From Octopus sinensis (lineage: Eukaryota): 64,000 nucleotides of DNA. The stretch spans positions 65,906,001 to 65,970,000 of the forward strand of contig NC_043010.1 of the NCBI RefSeq assembly GCF_006345805.1. The letters run 5' to 3'. The notes below the pieces were generated by a model. That model worked only from the letters and a program-made list of their open reading frames with translations, had not been told where the DNA came from and searched no databases. Shown piece by piece: positions 1-11,289 of this stretch. A program made the translations under genes and the position numbers. Every line of letters begins with the position of its first letter. Within the stretch, counting starts at the first letter, position 1.

Positions 1-90
1 CAGGTAAGCTTTGGTTTCAGTCAGATATTGGGATGGTGGTACATGTGGTTGGTAAGCAAGCTACTTACCACACAGCCACTCCTGCACCTA
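1..90 (-). mobile_element. 5' head of SINE family S1 (tRNA-derived, CORE-like)
   Basis: catgtggttggtaagcaagctacttaccacacagccactcctgcacc matches the 5' end of the many S1 copies in the window. Confidence 0.75.
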
Positions 91-347
91 TTTTCAATGG
101 GTTTCTTTCAGTTTCTGCTTAACCAAATCCACTTAAATTCCCAAGGTGTCGTTCGGTGGGGTTGAACTTGTAATTATGTGGTTGAGAAGCAAGTTTTTTG
201 TCCACACTGCCGTATCTGTACTTATGTTTCTGCTAATTGTTTTAATAAGATGCATGGCTTCATCTGCGAAATTTTAAGACAGTCATAGAAGTTAGTTTTA
301 ATATGTCTTTTGGATCTTAGAATTCACTATTGTAATATTCTTTTCAG

Positions 348-480
348 GACTGTCCCAGAATCTTCCAGTCATCCTCACTGTGATAAACAACAACCACCAC
401 CAACCACATTAAACAGAGACTGTGTGGTCGGTGACGGAGGCAGAGTGGCATCATCTCAAACAAGGAATAATGAAGAACAG
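348..480 (+). CDS. Gene A internal coding exon (unknown protein); gene begins upstream of window
   Basis: ttcttttcAG acceptor at 346-347, donor cag|GTAATT at 481; open frame TVPESSSHPH...RNNEEQ ends phase 0, matching the next exon. Confidence 0.65.
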
Positions 481-497
481 GTAATTTATTTTGCTTT

Positions 498-725
498 CGA
501 TGCTGGTGCCACCTCACCAGTGCTGATGTCACATTGCCAGTACTGGTGCCATGTAAAAAGTACCTGGTTCCCTCTGTAAAGTGGCTGGCTTTAGGAAGGA
601 CATCCAGCCATTGAAACCATGCCAACACTGACAGTAGAGCTTGGTGCAGTCGTCTGACTTACCAGCTCCTATCAAGCCATCCAACCCATGCTAGCATGGA
701 AGATGAGCGTTATATGATGATGATG
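498..725 (+). mobile_element. RTE LINE 3' UTR fragment with (GAT)n tail
   Basis: ttaggaaggacatccagcc...ccaacccatgctagcatggaa...gatgatgat matches the 3' UTR of the RTE copy at 29950-31582. Confidence 0.75.
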
Positions 726-759
726 TAACCAGTTTATTAGGACTGATTCAGTCATTAAT

Positions 760-1190
760 CAATTGATGACTGCATGGTGGTGGGCAGCAGCGGTTCCACT
801 ACCACTACTGCTGCTGCTGCTGTTGTTGTTGTTGTTGTTGTTAAGCAACAAGATGGGTAAGGGTGATTTCACTACATCCGTTCTGTGGGTTGGGATTTCA
901 CTGCGTCCGTTCTGTGGCAGGTCGGGAGTGGAAGTCCACTTTTCCCAGATCAGAAGGACAAGGAGAGGATCACTGGCCAGAGCGTCTGGGTGGGGGTTGG
1001 CATTTGTGGCGGGCGATGGATCCGTGGACAGTCGTAGATGACATGCTCTGCCATCTCCTCTCCCATTCCGCACTTTCTGCAGGTTCTGTCTATGGCTCGG
1101 TCGATCTTGTAGAGCCAGTACTTGAGGTCCAGGTGATGACCACCCTTAAGTCGGCTGAGTGTCACCTGCTGCTGCTTGGTTAGAGATGAA
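760..1190 (-). mobile_element. 3' fragment of non-LTR retrotransposon (I/R1-like) with C-terminal CCHC knuckle and (AAC)/(AGC) tail
   Basis: Minus ORF 950-1165 LSRLKGGHH..CRKCGMGEEMAEHVIYDCP is the C-x2-C-x8-H-x4-C motif typical of ORF2 C-termini; simple-repeat tail at 760-845. Confidence 0.7.
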
Positions 1191-1850
1191 TCAGCAGCTC
1201 AGCTCACTTTCTCTCCATGTTGATGCTGTTGTTGACAAATATTAGTGAATAATTCAGCTGCCTTATATCTAGAATTTCACCAAATTCTCAAAGATAGCTA
1301 TGGAACCCATATTAATCATAGCAAGACACATCAGGAAGCTATAAAATAAAGTACCAGCCAAGTTAGGATTAATAGTATGAACTAATCCCTCCTCCATGAA
1401 TTGCTAACCAAACCAGCTCCCTATAGTCTCTGTGAACAGCTTCAAGTTTGAATGTGGGCAGTAATTCCCTCATGGGGAAGGGGTTCCCTCAGCCTTGCTA
1501 CAGCTTATGGAATGTTTTTATTTCCATATCATTCACCAACTTTAATAATGAAGACACTTGACCCATCTTAAAGACAGGGTCAGCTGTCTTCAGAACAGGG
1601 GCCAAACAGGGGATTTCATGCATAATTTACATTGAATGTGTTTATCTATTTGTGTGGTGCCCCTTAATTCCAAAGTGTAATTTAAAGTTCAAAATATAGA
1701 GTACAAGACTGAAATAAAAAAATAATAAAATAGTGTACAAGATAGGGGTCTCCAAAAGGGGTCTAAGGGAGTAGCATCCCTGCCTTCCTGAGCTAGTTTT
1801 CCACCACATTTCTTAAAAATTGTGTCATCAGGTGTCTTGGGGAAAATTCA

Positions 1851-2105
1851 GGCATATGGCATAGCGGTTAAGAGCGCGGGCTACTAACCCCAAGATTCCA
1901 AGTTCGATTCCAGGCATTGACCTGAATAATTATAATAATAACATCGAAAAATACTTTAGGAATGAGAACTTAGGTTCAAAATTTCCCCAAGACACCTGAT
2001 GAAGGCCGGAGGGTATATCAGCCGAAACGTTGTGTTAACAACAAACAAGATGAGGACAAATATCCATTACTTGTAAATAATGTAAATAATGTATAAAATA
2101 ATAAA
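1851..2105 (+). mobile_element. tRNA-headed SINE carrying a hammerhead motif
   Basis: A-box tggcatagcgg (1857-1867), B-box agttcgattcc (1901-1911), (AAT)n spacer, hammerhead core at 1996-2031, (tgtaaataa)n tail. Confidence 0.75.
1991..2036 (+). ncRNA. Minimal type I hammerhead ribozyme motif (dimer type)
   Basis: Stem I gacac/gtgtt; CUGAUGA 1996-2002 plus one extra A; stem II ggccg/cagcc (one mismatch); GAAA 2024-27; palindromic ACGU stem III; GUU cleavage triplet 2029-2031. Confidence 0.7.
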
Positions 2106-2257
2106 ACTAGTATGAGATTGAAATAAATCTTGAGTTTAATCTGATTGACTAAAATCTTTGATGGCATTACCCCAGCATGGCCACAGTCTAAAGACTGGAA
2201 CCAGTAAAAGACTATATGAATATATATTCTATATCTCATGTTTTGTTATCATTTCAG

Positions 2258-3156
2258 ATTGCTGGTGCTGTCAGTTCCTGCCCCATTTCATTAAACCATC
2301 TTCCAGTGGAATCTGCTTCACCTGATGCCAACCTTGGGTTCTCGACAAAGATGAGGCCTGGAGATATCAGGCAAGAGAGGTCATCAATGTTAATGTTTAA
2401 ACCAAAGACTGCTGAACAGATGTCTCCATTGGCAACATCACATCCCAACACTGTTGGAGAAGAAGTGTTATTGCAGAGTTCACAGCCCAACATGTCTGAA
2501 GATAAACAGTTACTCCTGACTACTAAGACCTGCGATTCTTTTCATAAAGGTTCACTGTTGAATAATAATGCTAACATTCCCAGAGATAAGAGTTTAATCT
2601 ACAGTACCAATCAGAACATTCCCAGAATTAAAGAGCAGCTACCAACAACAGCCCATAACATTCTTGGAGATAACAGATTACTACAGGACTCAGTACCTAA
2701 CATTGTCCAAAACAATAATGTATTGCCCATCATTGAGTCCAACATTCCAAATAATGAAGGCACTCAGTGCAATGGTAACCATGACCCTCTCTACGGTGAT
2801 GGTCTGCTACAGAACATTGTTCCTTACATGTCCCAAGATGAAGACCTGCAGTGCAGCATTGACTTTAATATCGTTCAAGATGAAGGAGAATTACAATGTT
2901 GTGTAGTTCCTGCGACCAGTTCCGGTTCAAGGTTAACACAGAGTAATGTGCAAGAGGGTCACCGACTGATGACACCCCAAGACTTCACCTTGTTAGGCCA
3001 TAATGTCAGCAGTGTTCTCCAGGGTAGCAGCATTGATTCAGACATGCATAACAAATTACCATCAACTACAGAGTGTAGCCAGTCGCAGTTGATTGAAGAA
3101 ATTTCACACTTGAAGCAGTTAATGCTGGACTACAAACAGGGCCGTCTCAGACTTAG
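2258..3156 (+). CDS. Gene A large coding exon (low-complexity/repeat region plus start of helical C-terminus)
   Basis: atcatttcAG acceptor (2256-57), 899-nt stop-free non-repetitive frame IAGAVSSC...YKQGRLRL, donor ttag|GTTTGT at 3157; ends phase 2. Confidence 0.8.
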
Positions 3157-3559
3157 GTTTGTACATTAATCCATTCTGCTTATTTAATTGGCTGTTTGGG
3201 GGAAATTCTCAGACATATGGGAATCCAAAGGTCATGTTGCTCACTTTAGGGTGCAATATGTTTACATAGATGTTTATCATGGACACTATAGTGACACTGC
3301 TGTTTGTACATGGATATTACATTGATAAAGCTATCCATATTGTACAGTAGTGGCAAAGCCATCTGTACTGGTAAAGTTGAGTAGCTGAAATACATGACAG
3401 TAGGAAGGAGGAAATAAAAAGCAACTTATAGCATAGATGACAACTGGATGCTGTTGCAAGATAAGCCTACTGGGGGAAAACTGGGTGCTGTTCAAAAATA
3501 AACCTACTGGGGCCAGATGTGGGCTGGTGCAAGGTCCTGGTCTGACAAAATTTGATGTG

Positions 3560-5095
3560 GTAGTGGAACGGCACAGTGAATAGAGTGATAACAGCTAAGA
3601 GACAAGATTGGAAAGTCTGAAAGGAAAATGGAAAGAGAGAGCATTACCTAATAACAAGAAGAAAAATTAGGCTTCAGGTATACTTAGGTAAGGGAGAAGC
3701 AGAAAGGAAGAGATTTTCACGTGTTCTGTGACATGACGGTCAGAGGTGCAATGGTGTTCTGTATCGCAAGGCAGTGAACCAGAAAACTTGAGATAAATAT
3801 GTCAAAAATAATAGAGATACATTTTTTTTTAATGTTGATGGCAAGAAAGAAATATAGAAGTGCTTTTATCAGATTTTGCTAATCAAAGAGAATACATGGG
3901 ATAAATGTCCATCTCGTGTTGACCTATCAGAGGGATCAGTAATTTAAGTTGACAGCTGTATGGTAAAGAGAGTAATTAAAGATATGAAGAAGGGAAAGCT
4001 GCTGACCCCTCAGGGATCATCACTAAGATGCTCAAAAATTCTTGTGAAGTGTGATACATGGCAGTCACTTGAAGTCTTCATCAGGTAATACTGAAACACG
4101 TCATACCCACTGATTGACATAGCAGTCATTATCATCATCATCATCATTGTTGTTTAATGTCTGCTTTCCATGCTGGCATGGGTTGGACAGTTTAACTGAG
4201 GGTTGGCGAGCCAGAAGGCTGCACCAGGCTCTAATCTGATCTGGCAATGTTTCTACAGCTTGATGCCCTTCCTAACACAAACCACTCCGAGAGTGTAGTG
4301 GGTGTTTTTACGTGCCACCAGCATGGGACCAGTCAGCTGGCACTGGCATCAACCACGCTCGAATGGTACTTTCTACATGCCACAGGCACAGGAGTCAGTC
4401 AGGCAGCACTGGCAATGATCACACTCAGATGGTACTTACTACGTGCCACAGGCACAAGAGCCAGTTAGGTGACACAGGCAACGATCATGCTCGAACGGTG
4501 CTTTTTACGTGCCACCAGCATGGGACCAGTCAGACAGCACTGGCATTGACCACACTAAAATGGTGCTTTTTACGTGCCAATCAGGCAGTACTGTCATCAT
4601 CCACAACAACGACTTCACTTGCCTCAACAGGTCTTCGCAAGTGCAGTTTATTGCCCCAGTATCATTGTAAATTGCTACCAAGGCAAAGCAGATGCATTTG
4701 TGGGAGGAAATCAGTGAGGCCTCAAATTTTTGAACCAAGCAATGAAGGTCATGAAATAAATCATAGTACAATTGATTAGAAAGAGAATTAACCTAGATGA
4801 GTTGAAGTTCACCATTACACCTGGAAGAGATACCACTGATACTATTTTCTTTGTGTAGCAATTGCAAAAAAAGTACTTGGTGAAGAGTAAGTCACTATAC
4901 CTAGCATTCATTGATTTGGAGAAGGCCTTTGATGGGGCACTATTTTCAGTAATCTGGTGGCCACTCATGAAACTAGGTATGGATTTTGAGGGCTTTTGAG
5001 ATCTGTACAAACTATGTACGAAAGTACAATGAAGAAAGTGAGAATCAGAAATGAGTTCAGCACCAAATATAGTGTAATGATAGGGGTCCACTTTG
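3560..5095 (+). mobile_element. Old degenerate RTE-like LINE remnant (RT fragment) with a nested minus-strand RTE 3' fragment (~4125-4640)
   Basis: 4880-4935 translates LYLAFIDLEKAFD (RT motif) among many stops; nested piece has ATC tail and degenerate 60-bp units. Confidence 0.6.
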
Positions 5096-5288
5096 TTGCT
5101 AGCATTCAGTTCAAAGAATAAATTTCTCCTTTCTTCCCCAAAATTTCAGAAACCCTGAGACATTTTGTGCATGTTTTATTTTTACAGCAAACTATTACAA
5201 AAAAATAAAAACAGGATTTTAGCAATACCATCAAATATATTGTATATTATCAATTAAATTTGATCTGTATTTGTACCATGTTTTGTAG

Positions 5289-5382
5289 TTCATTGCGCAC
5301 ATATAAACAGCAGTTGCAGAGTTGGCAGAGCAACATGCAGGAATGCTCCATGTTACAAACTGTGGCAGCTGAACAGGCAGAG
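5289..5382 (+). CDS. Gene A coding exon (coiled-coil-like)
   Basis: tgttttgtAG acceptor, gag|GTAAGT donor; phase 2 start matches previous exon; reads SSLRTYKQQLQSWQSNMQECSMLQTVAAEQAE, phase 0 end. Confidence 0.8.
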
Positions 5383-5596
5383 GTAAGTCTTGTCATCATT
5401 TATATTTGATATTAATGTGTTTGTGTCTATGTGACTGTATCTTGTATTGCAACAAGATTATGCCTACTCTTGGAGTTTAATCCCCAAAGCTGTCTTGGTT
5501 CAACAGACCTAAAAATCAAAGGTATTCCAGATTTGACCATCACATCATTCTTGCGTTGCTATGGCTTCACGGTTTGTGTCAAAAATAATAATTATT

Positions 5597-6150
5597 ATTA
5601 CCTCTGCCTTAGCAAAGACAGAGGTAGTGTTTTCAGTCGTTTTTGTTTGATCGTGGACAAGATATTTCAAGAACCCCTGAATGGATTCAGATGAAACTTT
5701 CAGGGATGTTTGGCCTCGTGACTGGAATGAGCTGATTAGATTTTGGAATCAATAGGGTACCAGACAAGGATTATAAATTATTTTCCTGTTTTACCTCTGC
5801 CTTAGCAAAGACAGAGGTAGTGTTTTCAGTCGTTTTTGTTTGTCCGTGGACAAGATATCTCAAGAACCCCTGAATGGATTCAGCTGAAACTTTCAGGGAT
5901 GTTTGGCCTCGTGACTGGAATGAGCTGATTAGATTTTGTGATCAATAGGGTACCAGACAAGGATTATAAATTATTTTCCTGTTTTTTTTTTACTTAAATT
6001 TTGAGAGCAGTTGGATTCATTTTTAGTATTCTCATTTGTGAGAGCAGTCGAGTTTATTTCAGATATTCTCATTTTAACAATCATCTCCAGTTAAGTGTTG
6101 AGAGGACATTGGTGTTGCCATGGCAGAGGTTTCTGCTCTCTGAGTGCTTT
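5597..6150 (+). mobile_element. Helentron-associated (HINE/DINE-1-like) non-autonomous element with internal 194-bp tandem duplication
   Basis: 5' hairpin acctctg...cagaggt, subterminal inverted ggcagaggt at ~6122, 3' gctctctgagtgc stem; 5597-5790 repeated at 5791-5985. Confidence 0.6.
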
Positions 6151-7214
6151 TGTTACTATTGTTGAGTTCATTTTCGATTCATAACCCACACGCAACACCT
6201 GTTTCTTGTTCTCCTGTATGATTCGCGATCATAATGTCCCTAACATTTTGGACCCTAGTAGCCAATTCCAAAATGTCATTATTAACTGGGTCCCTGTCAG
6301 GCCCCGTTGACATACATTGTTGAAGTCATCAGAATATGAGACAGTGGTAGGGGCTAAAATCTACCCAGGCAAATTGATGGGTTGCAGCTTGGCACCTGGA
6401 AAAGCAAATCCTTGCTGTACATAAGTGGCATGGTGTGCTGGAACAAAGGACTACTTAAACTACTCAAGCTCTGGTTTTGTCTCAATCTTCCATAGGGACC
6501 AGAACTGGAACAAGGTAACAAGCAAGGTGGCCAGTCTGACATAGACAAGGGTTGAGATGATACTTTTTCCTGAAAGATCAGACAGACGTGATGAATGGCC
6601 GCATTGCCTTCATTAGGATAATTGATAATGAAATCAATGCATCAAGCATCACTCCAATTCCTGTCCTATCAAATGTGAGGTCCTGCTCTGGGTTCTTGTA
6701 GAAGGGATATGTTCAACTGGTCAAGCAGTCCATCTGCTACCAGCAACCTCTACATGGTGAACAAAGCGTGCCATGGCTGCTGATGCACGGTCATGTGCTC
6801 AGGACATGTGCCACCTACTGAGAGCCCTAGAAGGTCAGCAAGTAGTAGGTGGGTTAGTGGTGGCAGCAGCAGCAGCCACAGTAATGCCCCGGTTGTTGGC
6901 CGAAACCTAAATCATATGATGGTGTTCTTTTACTTGTTTCACTCATTGGGCTGTGGCCATGCTGGGGCATCACCAATGAAGAATTTCTTATCGAATGAAT
7001 CAGCCCAAGTACTTATTTTCTTTTTAAACCTAGTACTTATCCTATTGGTCTCTTTTGCCAAACTGCTAAGTTATGGGGGACATAAACACACCAACACTGG
7101 TCATCAAACAGCGATGGGGGTCAAAAACAGACATGAACACATACACACACACATGTATCAATATATATATGTTACTAATTTTCTTTTTTTTTTCTTTTTT
7201 TCTCTATTTCCCAG

Positions 7215-7328
7215 ACAGAACACAGTATTTCTACCCTGAAAACCTCTCTCAGAACACAGAGAAAGCGGATCAAATCCAAATTAAAGCAGATGAACCTCAA
7301 GATCCATCTTTTACCTGGTCAGCATTAA
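7215..7328 (+). CDS. Gene A terminal coding exon
   Basis: Long T-rich tract then tttcccAG (7213-14); phase 0 frame TEHSISTLKTSLRTQRKRIKSKLKQMNLKIHLLPGQH-stop (TAA 7326-7328) continues the helical pattern. Confidence 0.7.
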   Translation, partial: TEHSISTLKTSLRTQRKRIKSKLKQMNLKIHLLPGQH

Positions 7329-7372
7329 AGTTCAGACACAACATCTGCTGACCACTGATTTATAGAGGAAAC

Positions 7373-7428
<56 letters not shown>

Positions 7429-7779
7429 ATTTATATATATATGTGTATATATATACTTCATTTTATGGTCAGTTGTCATTCCTTCAGAAAGTGGACAGAG
7501 AAATATCTTCACAACATGGACATCAGTCTTTGTCGGCAGTTGACCAGTTGCCTTCCTATAAGGTGGACATCTATCACTTTGCCACATGAATAGCTGCTTT
7601 TCTCAGGAAATGCTGTTTCAGGAAAAGCGAATAACTTTTATATATTATCTGCTGCTTCCACAGAAAATAGTTAACTTATCAGAATGCGATCATGTAACAA
7701 GTCTTCAACTTTTTTTGTTAATATTTATTTGTTATATGAAATATTTTAGCTTCTTTTTATATAAATATTTTTCTATAGA

Positions 7780-7789
7780 AATAAATAAA
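7780..7789 (+). terminator. Probable polyadenylation signal of gene A
   Basis: Overlapping AATAAA hexamers ~450 nt after the stop, followed by U/GU-rich downstream sequence (7790-7860). Confidence 0.45.
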
Positions 7790-8340
7790 GTTATATTTTT
7801 TTATGGATTTTGTTATTGTTGATTTATATTGAGGCTTTTTGTTGTTGTTCTTGTTTATCTCCAATCTGACTTGATCCAGTGAACTTGTGAGCAGAAGTAT
7901 TTCTATTAAGATCATCTTGCCTTTTTTCAGACGTAGTATATCTTGAACTACATTATACAGTGTTCTGTTGTGTCTGGGGAGAGTCATTTTCTTTTTGTGC
8001 CTTATAATATAAGAAATAAGTGGAAATTTTACCAGTGAGTGTGTTACATTATAAGGCACAAAAAGAAAATGACTCTCCCCAGACACAACAGAATATGCTT
8101 CAACACACGAACTCATATAAAGAATCTTGCAAACCAAATCCAAAAACAAAATATTATACAGTATGTTTTTCCTTTATTTTTAAGGGTAGTATGTGGTTTG
8201 AGAAACATTTGGCTGCTATATCTAACAGGTTTAGTGAATGTGTAGCAACACTGTTGGCTTATTTTAAATTTATTGTTGTTAATACTGTAGTTATCTGACC
8301 TTGTACCTAAGATAGAAATTACTATTATTATTATTAAAAG

Positions 8341-8657
8341 ACTCCGCCGGTTACGACGACGAGGGTCCCAGCTGATACAATCAACGGAACAGCTTGCTCG
8401 TGAAATTAACGTGCAAATGGCTGAGCATTCCACAGACACGTGTACCCTTAACGTAGTTCTCGGGGATAATCAGCGTGACACAGAGAGTGACAAGGCTGAC
8501 CCTTTGAAATACAAGTACAACTCATTTTTGCCAGCTGAGTGGACTGGAGCAATGTGAAATAAAGTGTCTTGCTCAAGGACACAACGCGTCGCCAGGAATC
8601 GAACTCACAACCTTACGATCATGAGCCGAATGCCCTAACCACTAAGCCACGTGCCCT
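8341..8657 (-). mobile_element. tRNA-derived SINE family S3
   Basis: Same body as 40062-40446 (cccttaacgtagttctcgg...gtgacacagagagtgacaagg); tRNA-like head at right end; related copies ~12420-12765, 19850-20080, 39500-39790. Confidence 0.75.
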
Positions 8658-9486
8658 CACTTATTTATTATTACTCTGTGCATGTAAGCGAAAGCAGGGT
8701 ATTGTAATCACTCATCTTTGTGTGTTTGCAAAATTACTGGAAAACAACTGAACAGATTTTCACCCCATTTGGCAGAAATACTCATTGGGTGAGTGGCTCA
8801 AAATGATGAACATTTCGTTTGATTATCTTTATAAAAAATTAAAATATTAAAAAAAGTCAAACTTACAAATTTCCCAATGAACAAGTGGTCATTATTTTGT
8901 TCACTTTCTTTTTTCATATGAATCAACCCTCTTCTTCATGTCTATAGGTCATGTTGTACCTATGCACATAGACATGTGTGCCTACATACATATATGAATA
9001 TATAGATATGCGATTGTGTGTGTGTATGCATACATTGTGTGTATACAGTGATGGATTCAAGGGTTTCATTTATTTACTTGATATTTAATTTCACCAAAGT
9101 ATAAATACCTTTAATGATGATACTTGAAAATAAAAAAAAAACCCATCAAGCTTACAAATTATCCAATAATCAAGTGGTTGTATTATTTTGTTCACTTTCT
9201 TTTTCATATGAATCAACCCTTGCCTGTGCATATACAGATCATAGCATACCTATACGCATAGACGTGTGCATACATACATAAATACAATCAGAGATATGTG
9301 ACTCTGTGTGTACAGTGATAGACTCGAGGGTTTCGTTTATTTACAAGTTGCTTTCTTAATTTCACCAGAATATAAGAAAACAGCATGAATAAACAACACA
9401 TTGTAAGCCACACTATAATTTGTGAAAAGATTTTTCTGCACACACAGTAAGCATCACCCCTCCAATGCCTTTTTTTCATTATTATT

Positions 9487-9521
<35 letters not shown>

Positions 9522-9522
9522 T

Positions 9523-10107
9523 AAGGCAGCGAGCTGGCAAAATCGTTACCTCACCAGGTAAAATACTTACCAGCATTTCATCTGTCTTCATTTTCTGAGT
9601 CACAAATTCCGCTGAGGTCGACTTTGCCTTTCATCCTTTCGGGGTCAATAAATTAAGTACCAGTGAAACACTGGGGTCAATGTAATCAATTAGTCTCTTC
9701 TCCGTAAATTTGTGGCCTGGTGCCTCCAGTAAAAAGGATTATTATCATTTTCCACTGAGGTCAACTTTGCCTTTCAACCTTTCGGGGTCAATTAATTAAG
9801 TACCAGTTGTGTACTGGGTCAATCTAATCGACTAGCCCACTCCCCCCAAAATTTCAGGCCTTGTGCCTAGAGTAGAAAAATTTATTATTATTATTATTAT
9901 TATTAAGGCAGCAAGCTGGCAGAATCATTAATGCACCAGGTGAAATGCTGAACTGTATTACGTCAGTCTTCAGGCTCTGAGTTCAAATTCTACTGAGGTA
10001 CTTATCTTATCGGGGTCATTAAAATAAGTACCAGTTGAGTATTGTGGTCAATGTAATCGACTATGCCCCTCCCCCAAATTTCAGGTCTTGTGCCTATGAT
10101 AGAAAAG

Positions 10108-10142
<35 letters not shown>

Positions 10143-10300
10143 AGGTAGCAAGCTGACAGAATTGTTTACATACCTGCAAAATGCTGAGCAGGCATTTCAA
10201 CCATCTTAACATTCTGAGTTCAAATTCCACCCAGTCAGCTTTGTCTTTCATCCTCCTGGGGTCAATAAACTAAATTATCAAATAAGATCAAATACTGCAG
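9523..10300 (+). mobile_element. Cluster of SINE family S2 copies separated by (ATT)n
   Basis: Repeated head aaggcagcgagctggcagaatcgtta and body gagttcaaattcc..gtcgactttgcctttcatcctttcggggtc. Confidence 0.75.
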
Positions 10301-10384
10301 CTTATGTGGTTGATTAACACCCTAACTCAAAATGTGAGAACAATCAAAATCAAATCATATATCAGAAAGCAGGGGTTAAGTGAC

Positions 10385-11289
10385 CCATCTGTTCGTGTCC
10401 ACTGTCAGCCTCGTCTGGCACCCGTGTCGGTGATACATAAAAGCACCATTCGCTCGTGGCCGTTTGCCAGCTCTGTCTGGCCCCCGTGTCGGTGGCACGT
10501 AAAAGCACCATCCGTTCGTGTTCGTTGCCAGCCTCGCCTGGCCCCGTGCCGGTGACACGTAAAAGCACCGTCCGTTCGTGGCTGTTTGCCAGCTCCGTCT
10601 GGCCCTGTGTCGGTGGCACATAAAAGCACCGTCCATTCGTGTCCGTTGCCAGCCTCGGCTGGCCCCCGTGCCAGTGACACGTAAAAGCACCGTCCGTTCG
10701 TGGCCGTTTGCCAGCTCTGTCTGGCCCCGTGTCGGTGGCACGTAAAAGCACCATCCGTTCGTGTTCGTAGCCAGCCTCGGCTGGCCCCCGTGCAGGTGAC
10801 ACGTAAAAGCACCGTCCGTTCGTGGCCGTTTGCCAGCTCTGTCTGGCCCCGTGTCGGTGGCACGTAAAAGCACCATCCGTTCGTGTTCGTAGCCAGCCCC
10901 GGCTGGCCCCCGTGCAGGTGACACGTAAAAGCACCGTCCGTTCGTGGCCGTTTGCCAGCTCTGTCTGGCCCCGTGTCGGTGACACGTAAAAGCACCATCC
11001 GTTTGTGTCCGTTGCCAGCATTGCCTGGCCCCGTGCAGGTGACACGTAAAAACACCATCCGTCCGTGGCCGTTCGCCAGCTCTGTCTGGCACCTGTGCAG
11101 GTGGCACGTAAAAAACACCCACTACACTCGCGGAGTGGTTGGCGTTAGGAAGGGCATCCAGCCGTAGAAACACTGCCAGATCTGACTGGGCCTGACGAAG
11201 CCTTCCAGCTTCACAGACCCCAGTTGACCCGTCCAACCCATGCTAGCATGGAAAACAGACGCTAAATGATGATGATGATGATGATGATG
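10385..11289 (+). mobile_element. RTE 3' fragment with ~12 tandem ~61-bp units and (GAT)n tail
   Basis: aaaagcacc recurs at ~10440, 10501, 10561 ... 11110; terminal part matches the RTE 3' UTR. Confidence 0.85.

Noticed and set aside
1851-1920. tRNA gene (also S1/S2/S3 heads)
   Set aside because: A/B boxes are present but no complete cloverleaf or acceptor stem; each continues into a SINE body
10385-11120. CRISPR-like appearance of regularly spaced repeats (also the MITE arrays)
   Set aside because: Eukaryotic DNA; the intervening sequences are themselves repeated, not unique spacers; no cas genes
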